From NCBI GenBank assembly GCA_036785375.1, contig JAWMAR010000008.1, forward strand, positions 6,758,001-6,822,000: DNA of 64,000 nt. The letters are read 5' to 3'. Both the position numbers and the translations under genes were made by a program. Below the pieces are notes generated by a model. That model searched no databases, was not told where the DNA came from, and saw nothing but the letters and a program-made list of their open reading frames with translations. The DNA is from Leucoraja ocellata. Taxonomy: Eukaryota. Below are positions 1 through 46,299 of the stretch, piece after piece. Position 1 is the stretch's first letter. Every line of letters begins with the position of its first letter.

Positions 1-1159
1 CTTAAATCTGCAAGCATCCCACATCACTGCCAAAACTCATTAATGGGTTGGGGAGATGCAGGCATGTCATTCTGCGACTCATTGCAAAGATTTAAGCTTC
101 ATTTAGGCAGTGACTTTTGATAATTTCTCAATAGCCTACATTTCTTAATTCCCGTTATCTTCCTTTAAAACGTGTCCAATATCTCCTGTTTAAAGATAAT
201 GTTTCGTGCTTAAACATACTGTTTTGACCCAGAAAAGGCTTTTACGAGTATCTACCTATGTACATCAAGACTAAATAAACAGCAAGAAATGCATTGATCC
301 CAATGGCATGAGTGGTCCCTGATGACTTTGAATGGCAACAAACATGCGAGTGATGAATGTTGATGAGTAATCCTAGAACGGGTGGATGTGGAGATGTTAA
401 TATGCTTTAAAAACGTTGTAGACTTCTATCATTGCAACTTGGGTTGATAGAACTAGTGAGTGAATGTGCAGATGTAAAGCTGGCTGCGAGTGTGCAAAGA
501 TCTGATTTTTTTGCTTATGTCATTAAATGGAGATAGTTTTAAATAAAAAGCTGTGATTATAAAGACTGCTTGTTTTGCTATAGCACTGCATTCTAACACT
601 GCACTCAAACTTTGCCAACTATTATCTGTTTTTAACATGGGTAAGAAATACATATTACAAAAATAAACACATTATTACATATACTGGAGTCTTGGAACTC
701 CGTTGGGCCCCTCCTGAAATGAACATGTAATGCCTAATTATCCTATCTAGAACTAAAACAATAAGGAACTTTGGCATACTGATTTTATTCTAGGCAATCT
801 ATTCAACTTTTAAGGTTTCTAGGTCAACCTTTGTCAGTAATATCTTTGTACCTCAGCTGAATGGTGATTCTTTCCATGTTTTGTTCTAAGAGTAATAACA
901 GGCCTGCATGAGATCAGACCACATTGTGATCGACTATCATTCAATGTCTAAACATACCTACTTTGAGCAGGTGTAGCTGGTTAGCAAGGAATGTACTTAG
1001 GAAAGCAATTTGAGAAGAGGACATGAGGTGGGAACAAAAAGGAAATGGGGGTGAGCAGGTAAAGATCTAGCGCATAGAGAAAATGCAAAATGTGGAATTG
1101 TCCATTTTGACAGGAAAAATATTAACCAGCTGGTCAAAGAATTATGCAGCACCAGCTCT

Positions 1160-1330
1160 GTCCTCCCCACCATCGAAGGGATTTACCAGAGTCGCTGCCT
1201 CAAAAAGACCCACACCACCCAATCACACACTAATTTCACCCCTGCCACCGGGAAGAAGGTACGGGAGCCTGATAACTAACGTCCAGGTTCAGGAACAGCT
1301 TCTTCCCTACAGCCATTCAGCTTCTACCTG
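1160..1330 (+). mobile_element. Rex1/Babar LINE RT C-terminal fragment
   Basis: Frameshifted LPTIEGIY..RCLKK..PLPPGRRYGSL..FRNSFFPTAI; a related minus-strand fragment lies at ~29610-29900. Confidence 0.7.
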
Positions 1331-3955
1331 ATACAAATGACAATAGAACTCTATCTTGACTCTCTTGAACTTTATCAAGAGGGGGTGGGATCAGATTAAA
1401 CTTTGAGAGCTGAGTGTTTGCTTCTGTTTGAGGAAGAAGTCCAGTTTTATATTAAGTGAGGTAGGTAGATTTGTAATTAGGAGAATGTGGAATTAAGGCT
1501 ACAATCAGATTATCCATGATTTTATTGAATAGCCGGGCAGGTTTGAGGTGTCCAGTGGTTGAAAATGTCGTTTTCTCCCCAATATGTATTAGGAAACCAG
1601 CTGCAGGACAGCTGAAAATCTGACGTTTGTGATGGCCAATCTTAGTTTCATTGGTTTGTGTCCATTCTGCAGTGGTGAATGGGGGGAAAAAAGTTTCCAC
1701 CATTACTAACTTAATGGCAAGGATCTTTTTTTAAACATTTCTCCATACTCCATACAGCAAGAGCTGATTCCAAACAATCCAAAGCATTTGGTGCAAAACT
1801 ACTCGGAAAAAGCATCCGAAAGATTCATAATGCAAGCAGCATGGGAGGACAGGGTGTTCAAAGATGACCCATCAACTTCTCAACAATTAGGAATGATGCT
1901 AGACTTGCTGTTTTATAGATTACAAGTCTTGCATTTGTAATGCATTTTACCTCCCTTTTAGGATATCCCAAGGGTTTAACAGCTCCAGTGAAATTACAAA
2001 ATGCGTAAACTATTGAATCAGTTGGATCGGTATGTATGCAGGACTAACGATTTTAATTAACTAATTTTAATTCTTTGTGAATTGAAACCTGATGCCAGCT
2101 TTAATTTATTTTCCTTTCTCAAAATCCCAATTTAAAAATAATCCAGAGGATTGCAAATGAAGGCCAATCAGGAGAATAACTAATCAAATTAATAGACTAA
2201 TATTAGCTAGCTGGGTCTCATATCACAACCGCAGTATGCCCTGGTTTTTTGTTGTGCTAATCATGGGTGTAAAAAAAATTAAATGTTTGCATTAAAATTA
2301 ACCTTACTCGGGTGTTCTAGTAATTTATATATCTACTCTCTTCTCATAACCAAAATGTCCAGCTTTTGTGTTCACCACCATGCCATTAATTTGCACATTT
2401 CACAAATAAACTGATTAGTGATCGCTTAGCAGTATTTTCAAAAGCCCTCCTTAAAGCAGTCGATGAAACTACATTTTGTGACATGTTTATGGCTAGTAAG
2501 TTAATTGGCAAGTTAATTCCCTGATTTAAATTGGCTAACGAAAAAGTTCAAGTCTGCTTTTCGCAATAGTCTTGTTTTGGCTATAAAATATAGGTAAGAC
2601 CTTTCACGTTTTGTAAAAGCTGTTCACTGTACCTCCTGCACTGTACACATGACGATGAAACTAAACATCTTTCAGACCACTTCAGTGTATCGATTGAAGA
2701 AGCAAATTTCAATGCCAAAGACCTGTAGCAGTGATTAGAGTCTAATCAAGGTAATAATGGGAGTTTCAGGACAAGACCGGAAAGTTGCCAAAGGTAGTAC
2801 GTAATCTGTATTAGAAGAGAACAGAAGGACAGCAGCTGGACTGTGGTTAGAACAGTGGAAGTACCTAAATATTATTGCAGTGATAGAAAATAGCCAGCAG
2901 GAGGCTGCGGTGCCTAGTACATTTGTTATTTCCAGGGCCTCTGCCATTTCGCTGTGCAATATTTTCTCAAATGTGATCAGCAAGTTGCTGATGCCACCAG
3001 TTCCATGTTTTTTCCTTACAAAATTAGTCTCACCTCTTTAAGTTCTTGCTTTGATTTAATACATTCATTAGAGGTGAGCTAATCTTTCAATAATCTGACA
3101 CTCATTTCACTCCTGGAGTTTTATCGTTTATCTTTTTTCCTAAATTATACAATTAAGCTTATTATTCTTCCCTCAATTACAAATGATGCAAAGTCGAGTT
3201 GTATTTAGCTGCCAATTACTGATTTGTGTATTTGAATAGCTCTGACGTGTGGAGGGGGCACTGAAAGAAGTAAAACAGGTGTACCTATTTTACTCCAGCT
3301 TTTTGTGTCTATCTTCGGTTTAAACCAGCATCTGCAGTTCCTTCCACCACATTTTGTACCTATTCAATATCTTAACTACTTTGCCTCGTGCTTCTTCTCC
3401 CACCGGATCTCTTCAAGTTCAAATCGGGTGAAATATATCACTATAAATATATTGACGATAAAAGAACAAAAGCCATGATAACCTTTTATTATACATATTC
3501 CAGTTAGGCGAGTTAAGCTTTCCTTCCCAGCTGCCCTGTTACAATTTTTTCACTCTGAAGCCTTCGGAGTACAAGTTTGAGTGGAGGTTGTCTGCATTCT
3601 ATAAATCGCCAGATCTTGTCTACATGATGGTATCACCCACATGCTACCTGGTTGCTTTAACTTTATAAAAAGAGAGACTCAAGACAGCTGGTTTACGTGG
3701 TTCAAAAGTAGTTCATTCACATTTACAGCAAAACGACCCATCCAGCTTCACCTATCACCTAGCCGGCCTCTTCTTCCCCCCCCCCCCCCCCTTATTTTGC
3801 ACTGCTATACACAGGCCAACTTTCCTGCTACTTTTCAGTTCTGTTGAAGGGTCACTTTTGCATCAACTTTCACGTTTTGCTTCCACAGATGCTGCTTGAT
3901 CTTCTAGCATTTTGCGTTTTGCCGTACATTCCAACATCTGGAGTTTATTTTCTCT

Positions 3956-19251
<15,296 letters not shown>

Positions 19252-19254
19252 GGC

Positions 19255-19568
19255 CGCCGGCACACGAGGAGCCGAGCCACCGAGTGGAGCCGAGTCGCCG
19301 GGACACGAGGAGCCGAGCCGCCGAGTGGAGCCGAGCCGCCGAGTGGAGCCGAGTCGCCGGGACACGAGGAGCCGAGCCACCGAGTGGAGCCGAGTCGCCG
19401 GGACACGAGGAGCCGAGCCACCGAGTGGAGCCGAGTCGCCGGGACACGAGGAGCCGAGCCGCCGAGTGGAGCCCAGCCGCCGAGTGGAGCCCAGCCGCCG
19501 AGTGGAGCCCAGCCGCCGAGTGAAGCCGAGACACGGGGAGGAGCCGAGCCGCCGGGAGGAGCCGAGTG
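19255..19568. repeat. GC-rich minisatellite of 18-bp and 23-bp units (41-bp higher-order period)
   Basis: Repeats of ccgagccgccgagtggag and ccgagtcgccgggacacgaggag; ggacacg recurs at 19301, 19360, 19401, 19442. Confidence 0.92.
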
Positions 19569-21182
19569 ACACTGACGCTCCACTCTATGAGCTTTGCTGC
19601 GCACCAACCGATTTACGGCAGCGCGGCCTTTGGCGTCGAGACCAAAGATCTGGTTGAGACGGAGACGCCGGTGACGGAGGCTCGAATCACAGCCTCCTGT
19701 CCCCGACCCGCCGCTCCCGGTCCCAGGGACGGGCAACCACAACAACTCCCCCGAAGCGGCGGTGGCGGCAACATTGGCATTGTGGACGTTATGCTGCACA
19801 AGGACATTCGGCCCTTCGAGTCCCTTCCGCCACTCCGCACCACCATGGCCCATGTGCCCTCCACATCAGGCACCTCATCTATCTCCCGCAACCACCAGGC
19901 CAGTGTGCTGGAGGGTTCCACATGCTCACCACTCTCCTCAGTCCTCAATGTCTCACCCTGCATCCTCAGACCATACCCCACCATTTTTACTCATCCAACA
20001 GGAGCGTGACATCCTCTCCACGCCCAAACCATGCTTTACAAAAAGAAGAGCCCTGACCCAAAATGTCACCCATTGATGTTCTCCAGACATGTGTGGAAAT
20101 CCCGGTGTGGGCAGGGGGACACGCCCCGCCCGCGTTTTGAGAGGCGAGGGACCATTTTCCCCCATGTTTTGTAATCGGATTTTGAAATTCGGTGAAAAAA
20201 ATAAATTAAAATTTCCGCTTTCCACGAGACAGTCTCTGTTAACATCGTATTAACACAATGTGTCACCAGTTGTGTTTTGACCTTCAAGTATTACTGAAGG
20301 TATTCACAGAGAATTTCTTAAAGCTGTCTGATGTGGGTACAATTACCATTTGGATGTATTGGTGGACGGAAAGATTTAAACAGGTATCGGATTTAAACTG
20401 GTCAGGTCATTAAGGGCTCCAGTTCAACGGGTTAGTGGCTGGCTAGCAGGTAAGTCTCATTCACGGTCACTTATTTAGTATTTTTTCCCATCTCTCTATC
20501 TCCCTCCAAGGTTGTTTCTTCTGTTTGCCTTTATTTGCTTCAGTTTTATTTGTTTAAGTTATTTATCACATTGTAGGTTTTGAAAGATTCAAGCGGGTAT
20601 CAGGCGCTTTCTAAGGGCTGAATCGGCCCATTCGCGGGGTTTTTCATTGCCCGGCGAGGCTTAAAATCAAATTGCTGCATCGAGGCGATCGGGGCTCCCG
20701 ATGTTGAAGCCCCCGCTAGCCAATTTTAAGCCGCGCCGGGCGATGAAAGGCCCTGCGAACGGGCCGATTCAAACCCCATGATTCGGGGCGGACGAATTTG
20801 TTTTTGCATACAGCCATACTGTAAAATAAAGAACACAACCCACAAATAGAGTCCAACATAAAACATCCCCACACAGCAGAATCAAAAAGTTTCCCACTAT
20901 GAGGGAAGGCACCAAAGTCAGTCCTCTTCCTCTGATGTTCACCTGTGGTCGGGCCTCCGGAGCCCTCCGCAGTCGCCGCTACGGGCAGCCCGTCGCCCAG
21001 GCCCACTGCCCGGGATGATGGAACTCCGGCGTCGGAACGGGAGGCCTACCTCAGCGGCTTGGACCTCTGAATCGGCCGCTTCCTACCGGAGTCTGCGGCT
21101 CCCACATCCCCGGGCGGAGATTCACACTGGCGGCCCTCGGCAAAGGGCCCCAGAGACGCCGCGATGTTGGAGTCAGCTGCTC

Positions 21183-21290
21183 TCTAGGTGTCAGCAGCTC
21201 TACATTGGTGAGACCAAGTGGAGGCTTGGCGATCGCTTCACACAACACCTCGCTCGGTTCGCAATAACCAACCTGATCTCCCGGTGGCAT
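21183..21290 (+). mobile_element. Penelope GIY-YIG endonuclease fragment
   Basis: LYIGETKWRLGDRFTQHL. Confidence 0.65.
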
Positions 21291-21544
21291 CCTGAAGCAG
21301 CCTGAGAAGGGAATACCAAACAACACAACTGCATTTTAAGTGAAGGATAAATTACTGAAATAGTGATGGTGATCCTCTCCTATGCCTTTCTAGATCACCC
21401 ATTTTGGATGCTGTAGGATTACTTGGCAGATAGCCTTTACATATTGGGTAAGGGGTCGGTGTTGTCTGAAGGACAAGTGATGGCAAGGACACCAGGGGAA
21501 TTTCATGCTTTTCTTCTAATAGTGCCCTGTGTTCTCTTTGATTG

Positions 21545-21865
21545 GATTGAAAGATACAGCATGGAAACAGGCTCTTCGTCCTGCCAAATCCAGGCTGACC
21601 ATTGATCATCCGTCCACACTGTTCTATTTTATCCCGCTTTCACATCCACTTTCTACATGTTTGGGGCATTTACAGAGGCTAATTAACCTAGAAATGTGCA
21701 CCTCTGGGATGTAGGAGGAAACCGGAGCACCTAGATCACAAGGAAACCCATGTCACAAGAAGAAAGTGCAAACTCCACACAGACAGCACCCGAGATGAAG
21801 GTCAAACCTAGAACTCTGGCACTGTGAGACAGTAGCTCCATCAGCTATGCCATGATACCACCCTT
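21545..21865 (-). mobile_element. HE1-like V-SINE
   Basis: Reverse-complement similarity to 7106-7395. Confidence 0.75.
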
Positions 21866-22378
21866 TTTATCCTGCCTTGAGAGGAGGTTGATCGCTCATC
21901 TAAAAACTGCAATAAAATCACCAGTGCCATAGTAATGCGCTGCAGTCAGTTTACACAATTGTACTGAGGCTTTTGGATTGGGCTTGGCATCGCACAAAAG
22001 GTCTGAGCAGAACTTAATGACTAAAACAATAGAACATAATGTCTTGGTGGTACAGATAAATAAAGTTAGCAGGTAGTGTTTTGCTCCTTCATAAGAATAC
22101 TTCTAATCAAGATGGTATCCAAAGCAGTCCTGAAATTCACAATAATCGGAGTAGCCACAGTAATTGTATTGAAGAGAGAGAATAGAAGAGAAAAATACCA
22201 AGTCTGATGAAAGTTTGACATTTCAAAGGCAATGAAATGACAAATACTGACCTAATTCTAAAGGAATCTATTGTAAATAAAGTGTCATATCCAGCCTTTT
22301 AAAAAATCAAGATCATATGATTACAGTGCTCAACAGTACCTCCCTCCACCCTGCTGAAATTGCTCAAAACAAAGATAA

Positions 22379-39424
<17,046 letters not shown>

Positions 39425-40501
39425 ATTTATTCCAACAAACTGCAAAAGGCATAAATCAAAAATATAAACCACTACTTATCTAATGCCCTGGTTAGCAGTT
39501 ATTGTCGCATAATTAATACTATCCTAATCTTCTAACACAACATCATTTAAGAGGCAGCATTTAGTTCACGCAATCTTTCTTTAAACTTACTATCTGATCT
39601 CCTGAATTGGCAAGAAATATGTTTGTAATGTTCAGCTGTAAAGTAGATTTTCATTTCACGGAGCTTAATTGCTTAGGACATTAAACTGTGGGGTTTATTG
39701 GTTTATATAAATTATCCAAATGTCATGAAATTTAATGAAAAGTGCTGTAATCAAATCCACGACAATTAACCATTTTTTTAAATGTTCAAACTTGGGTCAA
39801 AAGAACCCAATGTGAAAAGTATAACATTCTATCTCATCTTTTTTCAAGATTTTTCCATCTCCAACAAAGAGTGATTTTGTTTTGTGTTATTATTTGTATG
39901 ATGTCTGGAATATAACAATTTAGTGATGGATGCAAATGTTATTGTCCATATGTATTGTCCATTTGTATCTTGAAAATTTATTGTATGGGGGGTGGGGTGG
40001 ATATTTGGTCCATCATGCCTTGGCTGACTCTTTGAAAGATCTGACCAATTTGTCTTATTTCCCTGGTCCATTCAACAAGGGTCCTTTATGTTTTCCCCTA
40101 CTCTGTAAAGAGTGCAGACAAGCTTTGTGAGCATGTTGCCAGGATTTGAGGCCTGAGCCATAGGGAAAGATTGGATAGGCTCGAATTTTATTCCTTTGAG
40201 TGCAGAAGGCTGTGGGGTGATCTTATAGTGGTGTATAAAATTAAAAGATTTTATAAGACACTTGGACAGGTCCACATATAGGGAAGGTTCAGAGAGATAT
40301 GGGCCAAATGCAGGCAGGCAGGACTAGTGTAGATGGAGCATCTAAGTGGCCAGGGCAGGTTGGGCCAAAGGGCCTGTTTCTGTGCTGTATGATTCTATGG
40401 AGGGAGGAGTGAATGCACAGTGTATTTTTCCCAGGGAAGGGGAAACAAGAACTGAAGGGCATATGCTAAGGTGAAAATGGAAGGATTTGAACCTGAAGGG
40501 T

Positions 40502-41433
40502 TGTCAGATTTTAATAAAGGCGATTTTTATACATTTTGGTTTCATCTTGTAGAAATAACAGCAGTGTTTATACATAGTCCCCCCATTTCAAGGCACCATA
40601 ATGTTTGGACACAGCACAATGTCATGTAAATGAAAGTAGTCATGTTTAGTATTTTGGTGCATATCCTTTGCATGCAATGACTGCTTGAAGTCTGCGATTC
40701 TTGGACATCAGTTGCGGGGTATCTTCTCTGGTGATGCTCTGCCAGGCCTATATTGCAGCCCTCTTTAGTTTATGCTTGTTTTGGGGGCTAGTCCCCTTCG
40801 GTTTTCTCTTCATCATATAAAAGGCATGCTCAATTAGGTTCCGATCGTGTGATTGACTTGGTCACTCAAGAATTTACCTTTTTTTTTAGCTTTAGCAGTG
40901 TGTTTGGGATCATTGTCTTTCTGTAGAATGAACCCCCCCAGCCAATGCGTTTTGAGGCATTTGTTTGAACTTGAGCAGATAGGATGTGTCTTCATTGACC
41001 TGCCAATCCCTTTGCGATTGGAAAGCTCACCGGTGCTCTCTTTCTTCTTAATTATGTTATAAACAGTTGATTTTGCTAAGCCTAAAGTTTGGCTGATGTA
41101 TCTAACAGTTTTATTCTTGCTTCTCAGTCTCATAATGGATTCTTTGACTTTCATTGACACAACTTTGGTCCTCATGTTGATAAACAGCAATAAAAATTTC
41201 CAAGGGTGATGGAAAGACTGGAGGAAATACTAGGTGCTGAGAGCTCTCTTATACCTGCTGTACAGCTGTATTTTCTACATGATGAAACCGAAATGTATGA
41301 AAATGGCTTTTAATAAAATCTGACTGTGCACTTTAACCACATGTGATTTCCTCCATTACAAATCTCAAATTGTGGAGTACAGATGAAATAAATGAATGAT
41401 GGGTCTTTGTCCCATACATTATGGAGCGCACTG
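40502..41433 (-). mobile_element. Degenerate, internally deleted Tc1 element
   Basis: Remnant HTH (ISQTLGLAKSTVYNIIKK) fused to LQKDNDPKHTAK; 40502-40562 is an inverted copy of ~41265-41325; right end CACTG|TA. Confidence 0.8.
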
Positions 41434-42279
41434 TAGGTAATTTTGTCAAAGTTACATTTATTTTTCTGAGGAATTGATAATGGGTCTACAAATTGTACTT
41501 TGTGGATGGTTTTTACAACTGATGATACATTGAAGAAATTTTAAGTACTCTAAAAAATAACCATGCTGATTTGGACACAACAGAAATAATCTTATTTCCT
41601 TGATCCCTGGGCATCTTTTTAATTTGTAGTTGGATCTTAAATCTACTGATTTCATTCAGGCTTGAATACGCGACTAAATATTAGCACTCATGTGAAATTT
41701 CCTTTCATCGCAAAGTGCTAGAAAGTTGCGCAACATCTAATCTGATTGTAAATTGTTGTTAGTTTTTTGTTGAATGTTCAGTTCCATTTGTAGAAGCATT
41801 ACAGAACATTTTGATGAATTAAGTATTTACTTTCTAATTTGTAACATCAGATCCATAAATCAACCTGAGGAACATGTACTGGATAAATATGGACAACTTA
41901 TTGAATGCTGCATGTATCGTTACGAATTTATAAATAAAACAGTTAATTTCGTTCTGGTAACATTTGTTTTTTTTTGTTTGATAATTCGCACGGAAAACAC
42001 ATTTGCCCTTCAAGCATTGAGTATGGATACAATTACAGCACACTAGCTTTGGAGTCTGTGTGTGAATCCAGCAAATGCATCAGGGACTCTGAAGAAATAT
42101 CTATTAGCATTTTGTTTACTGTCATTTTAAATGCAGCAAAAGCAATTAAGGAAGGAAAGACATGAAACAATTCTCAAGCGCTGCTTTATTGCAACATTTT
42201 CCCAAAGTTTATTGAGAACCCTTCCCAACAAAGATCCCATAGGATCTTTGCTTCCCAATAATACTATTGCACCACGCAT

Positions 42280-42720
42280 TTTTCCCCCACCGGGCAAATA
42301 ATGAAAACTGGTAGCTGGCTCGCGCCTTTAAATGGCGGCCACGTCACGGGCTTGAAGCGGAGACAAAGCGGGAGCGTTGGGCCGTTAAAGGGGAGGTTTG
42401 TGGCCTGGCGGAGAGTGGGCCGCGGCTGCCAGCGGGCTTTGGCGACAGGTCAGTGAGTCGGCGAGCCGGGGAGGATCACTGCCCGTCCCCGCGTTAAGAC
42501 TGGGCTTCGCTGAACCTGCTCGCTGTTTTATACGATCAGGGGCGAAGTTAACTTTGTTGCCTGGGCCTGGAGGCCTCGGCCTCAATTTTGTGGCGTGGCC
42601 GCTTCCCAGAAGGGTTGGGCGGTGGGATGAGCACGCCGGTGACCCATGTTTAGCGGGAGTGATTGTGGTCGGAGAAGACTGCAACCACAGGTTCATTGCC
42701 CATTTTGTGAGCACGGGTTC
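42280..42720 (+). promoter_or_regulatory. CpG-island promoter and probable non-coding exon 1 of LIG3
   Basis: CpG-rich island in an AT-rich background; YY1-like AAATGGCGGC (42330-42339), CRE half-site ACGTCA (42341), candidate donors CAG|gtcagt (42449) and CA|gtgagt (42453). Confidence 0.7.
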
Positions 42721-43560
42721 AGAGGATCTCCCTGATGGCTGTCTTTAGTATTATCGCCTTGCTTTTCAGGTGAAATTGTGCACTTTAAAATGCCCCAGGT
42801 TCCTATTATATACACCTTGGGAAAGAAACCTCGATTTAAAAAACAACTGTTAATTGGCAAATAGCTTTACAGTTTAAGTACCGGCAGAGAATGAGCACTG
42901 GCAATGCAGTTGTACCGTGGGAACGAGCAGGTCGTAATTTTTGATGATATTGATCAGGGCACTGGTGAGAATATTGTTCTGTGGAATTGTCCACGGGTAT
43001 CTGAATGGGCAGAGTTATTTTTTTACCAGTCTAAATGTCACAGTGCTTTCACAGTGCTAATGTCTTTTGCACTAAAATGACAACCGTGGTTATTTTTCTC
43101 TAGTATATGGATTTATCAGAGATAGACAACATGGAAATGGGCCCCATATCCCACCGTATCCATTCTGACATCAATGCTTGTCCCATTTTAACAGCACTTG
43201 GTCTGTAGCCTCTCTCCCTTGATAATTCAGGTGATCATCTACAACTTAAATGTTGCAAGTGTACCTGTTTCCACGATCAGCGCTTTACTGATGTCATCTA
43301 GGACATCTTGACCTGAAACATCACTTATTCCTTTGCTCCATAGATGCTGCCTCACCCACTGAGTTAATCCAGCATTTTTGTCTACCTTTGGCAATGTTTA
43401 ACATTGATACAGTGTGGAAACGTACTTTTGTCCACCAAGTCTGTGCCAACCATCGATCACCCATACACTAGTTGCCCTTGCTGACCAACGTGCCCCATCT
43501 AACACTAGTTGCACCTGCCTGCATTTGACCCATATCTCTCTAAACCTATCCTATCCATGT

Positions 43561-43868
43561 GTATAAAGGAACTGCAGATGCTGGTTTAAACCGAAGATAG
43601 ACGCAAAAAACTGGAGTGAATCAACGGTACAGGCAGCATCTCTGGAGAGAAGGAATGGGTGACGTTTCTGGCCAAAAACTTCTTCAGACTTGTTAGGGAT
43701 AAGGGAAACGAGAGATACAGACGGTGATGTGGAGAGATAAAGAGTCTATAACTTTAGTTTCCCTTATCCCTGACAAGTCTGAAGAAGGGTTTCGGCCCTA
43801 AACGTCACCCATTCCTTCTCTCCAGAGATGCTGCCTGTCCTGCTGAGTAACTCCAGTTTTTTTGTGTA
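43561..43868. mobile_element. Fold-back pLTR-derived element with inverted hammerhead pair
   Basis: ~105-bp inverted arms; TSD CTATCCTATCCATGT (43546-43560, 43869-43883); inserted in a CR1 tail. Confidence 0.8.
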
Positions 43869-46299
43869 CTATCCTATCCATGTCCAAATGGTTCTTAAAC
43901 ATGACAATGTCACATTAGGATTAAATCCATTATTTTGCCCATTTTAGCAAATGTTTAATATCAGCTATATCCTACACCTATCCTCACTATTGATAACACT
44001 TGATTTTTGTCTCGTTTGCAAACTTGCAAATCAAACATCCATGATTCACTTAATTTTATTTGCATCTTTAAGGGTTTCTTGTAGTTCACACAAGAAAAGC
44101 TGATGATTTCCAGGCTTGGTTGTATAAATGTCTTGAAAAGATGCTGTCTGTAATCTGATCCTGAACTACTAAAATACCATCCATAAGTAATAGACAATAT
44201 TCAGAGCTTATTGTTCATTTTATTTCTAGTTGGGTTCAGAGGTGTTATTTTCTCGTCACAAGCATTTTGTTTTGATATTGATGGGTTTATCTGCATGTTC
44301 AAAGTTATCATTCCATAATTTTACTTATTTCTCTCTGGCTCATCTTTCAATTCTACATTACTCCCTGACCATGACCAAAGCCCTGGCATTCCTAAACAAA
44401 TGTGAATTCTCTTAAGTGTACACATAACATCCACTTCTCAAAAGCCCCATTTTTAAAGCAAAATGGTTGGCTGATATTAAAATATTTTGCCACGTTGTAC
44501 TTTTTTAAGACGTGGTGTTTTATTAGTTTTGGTAATGTATTCAAGCACTTGTTAATAAAGGAATCTTGGATTAGACTTTCATATCCGGTGTTGAAATATA
44601 ACCCCTACTTGATCTGGATTTTTGTGAATTAATAGAATGTGCACTTTTCTTCTATCCCTGTTTCAGTTTTATTTCACCTCCATGGAAGTCAGGAGTCCTT
44701 GTAGTCCTCAAAGCTTATTTAAATGTTTCTGTGGGAGATTGAACATTTTATTTTTAACATATCATTATTCCATTTATAAAACAATCTATTTGCTTTGATA
44801 CAGTGTAATTCTAAAACTTGTAAATAAAGGTTTTATTAGTCAGAACAAAAGCTGGGGTCTAGCCACCCGCTCCATTGGAGGTGTTCTGGATTGGCATTGG
44901 GAGGCTCTCCAGGGCATAGAGGCTGAGTGGTGGCCGCATGAGGCGAGGAACTGATGGGCTGATGTCGAGGAGGCGTCGGAGTTGTTGAGTTGCTGCTGAA
45001 GGCCCTGAGGCAGTGTGGGACTCGATTAGATTTGTTAGCACTCCAAGTGGCCAGGTACGTGGAACAGACAGTGCCTGCTGCGGGGTAGAGCAACGGTTAA
45101 AGACATCGACAAATTGCCTGAGCAGGGCGACCCCTGCGACTCCAACCAGTGCTGCCGTCACAGCGACGTGCCTTTATTGCCAAGTTAACATCTTAAAAAA
45201 AAAAAAAAAAAATTGGACTTGAACTGTACAAAATGGTGCCAAAAACGTGTGGAGTCTTGTGTACGGACTCAGTGTAATGTATTATTTTACACTCTTGTGC
45301 TTTGTATGATTGTGCCTAATGTATAGTAAGATTGTCACTGGACTGTATGCAAATTCTTTTTTACTGTACTTGGGTACATGTGACAATAAAGTATCATTAA
45401 ATCCTTCCATTCTGAGCAATATCCTGGTGAATGTCTTCTGCACACTTTCTAGCGCTATCTTACCCTTTCTATATTGCAGTGACCAAAATTGAACATGATA
45501 TCCTGAGAGTAGCCTGCCCAAAGTATTGTACAGCTACAACGTGAAATCCCATCTCTTGCAGTCAATACCCCTGCTTCTGACATGAGCAGAGGGACCTTTA
45601 GTCCCTTTTACCTTTTTTATTACCCTAGCCCTATGTATTTTCAGGGAGCTATGACCTTGCACCCCAAGTACCCTCTGCACATCAATTCTTCAAGGTTCCT
45701 GTCTTTTATTTTGTGAGAACAATGTTGCCATGATTCTGTGAAAGTCTTATTTGAGAGGATGTAATAAATCGTTGATTAAAGAAGACAGTGGATGGATGTA
45801 CACAGATCTCTCAAATTTCTGTAATTAGATGTGACTATGAGATCAATTGGCTGAGTACTTTATTGCTGAATGACAATTTTGTTTAACCCTTTGTGCTAAA
45901 GTTATTTTTTGTTATGTCTTCACAAGGAGACATGTTGTAAAAAGTGATGATTGGTACTGTTAACCATGCATATTTTCATGTGTCTAAACTTGGTTTGCCT
46001 TTACCATCGTTGGGATTGTCAGTTTTGTCTAAAAATTGCCGTGCATGAACGACTGTTGTACATGTATCTTGTACATTTTAAACCAATTCTGAATTGGCTA
46101 TTGTGGCGGTGAACTTTTTTTACTTTTTTAAGTTGTTACCCTCAACCTTTACTTTGTGACAAGTTTATGGGTGTCGGTGGAACTTGTAATGGTGATGTAT
46201 TGTTGAATATTGGTCGCAACTTGTGTTGCAACTCTGCAATAGAAAATAACTTAAAATTATAAATTACTTTTTTAAGATATTTCTTTACTTGTGTTGCAG

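Noticed and set aside
2735-3015. Minus-strand ORF as the NSUN5 last exon
   Set aside because: Weaker acceptor and no NSUN5-like basic tail; 4091-3956 fits better.
1-3900. Additional gene downstream of NSUN5
   Set aside because: Only short ORFs without recognisable domains or consistent splice structure.
19255-19568. CRISPR-like array
   Set aside because: No unique spacers, eukaryotic context, no cas genes.
20580-21180. Second CpG island as the TRIM50 promoter
   Set aside because: Looks like a GC-rich interspersed repeat with a LINE-type tail segment; no TSS evidence.
44836-45400. GC-rich island with ORFs and a poly(A) run as a nested gene or retrocopy
   Set aside because: No recognisable protein; continues into a common LINE-type 3' tail (gtgacaataaa), so probably a non-autonomous repeat.
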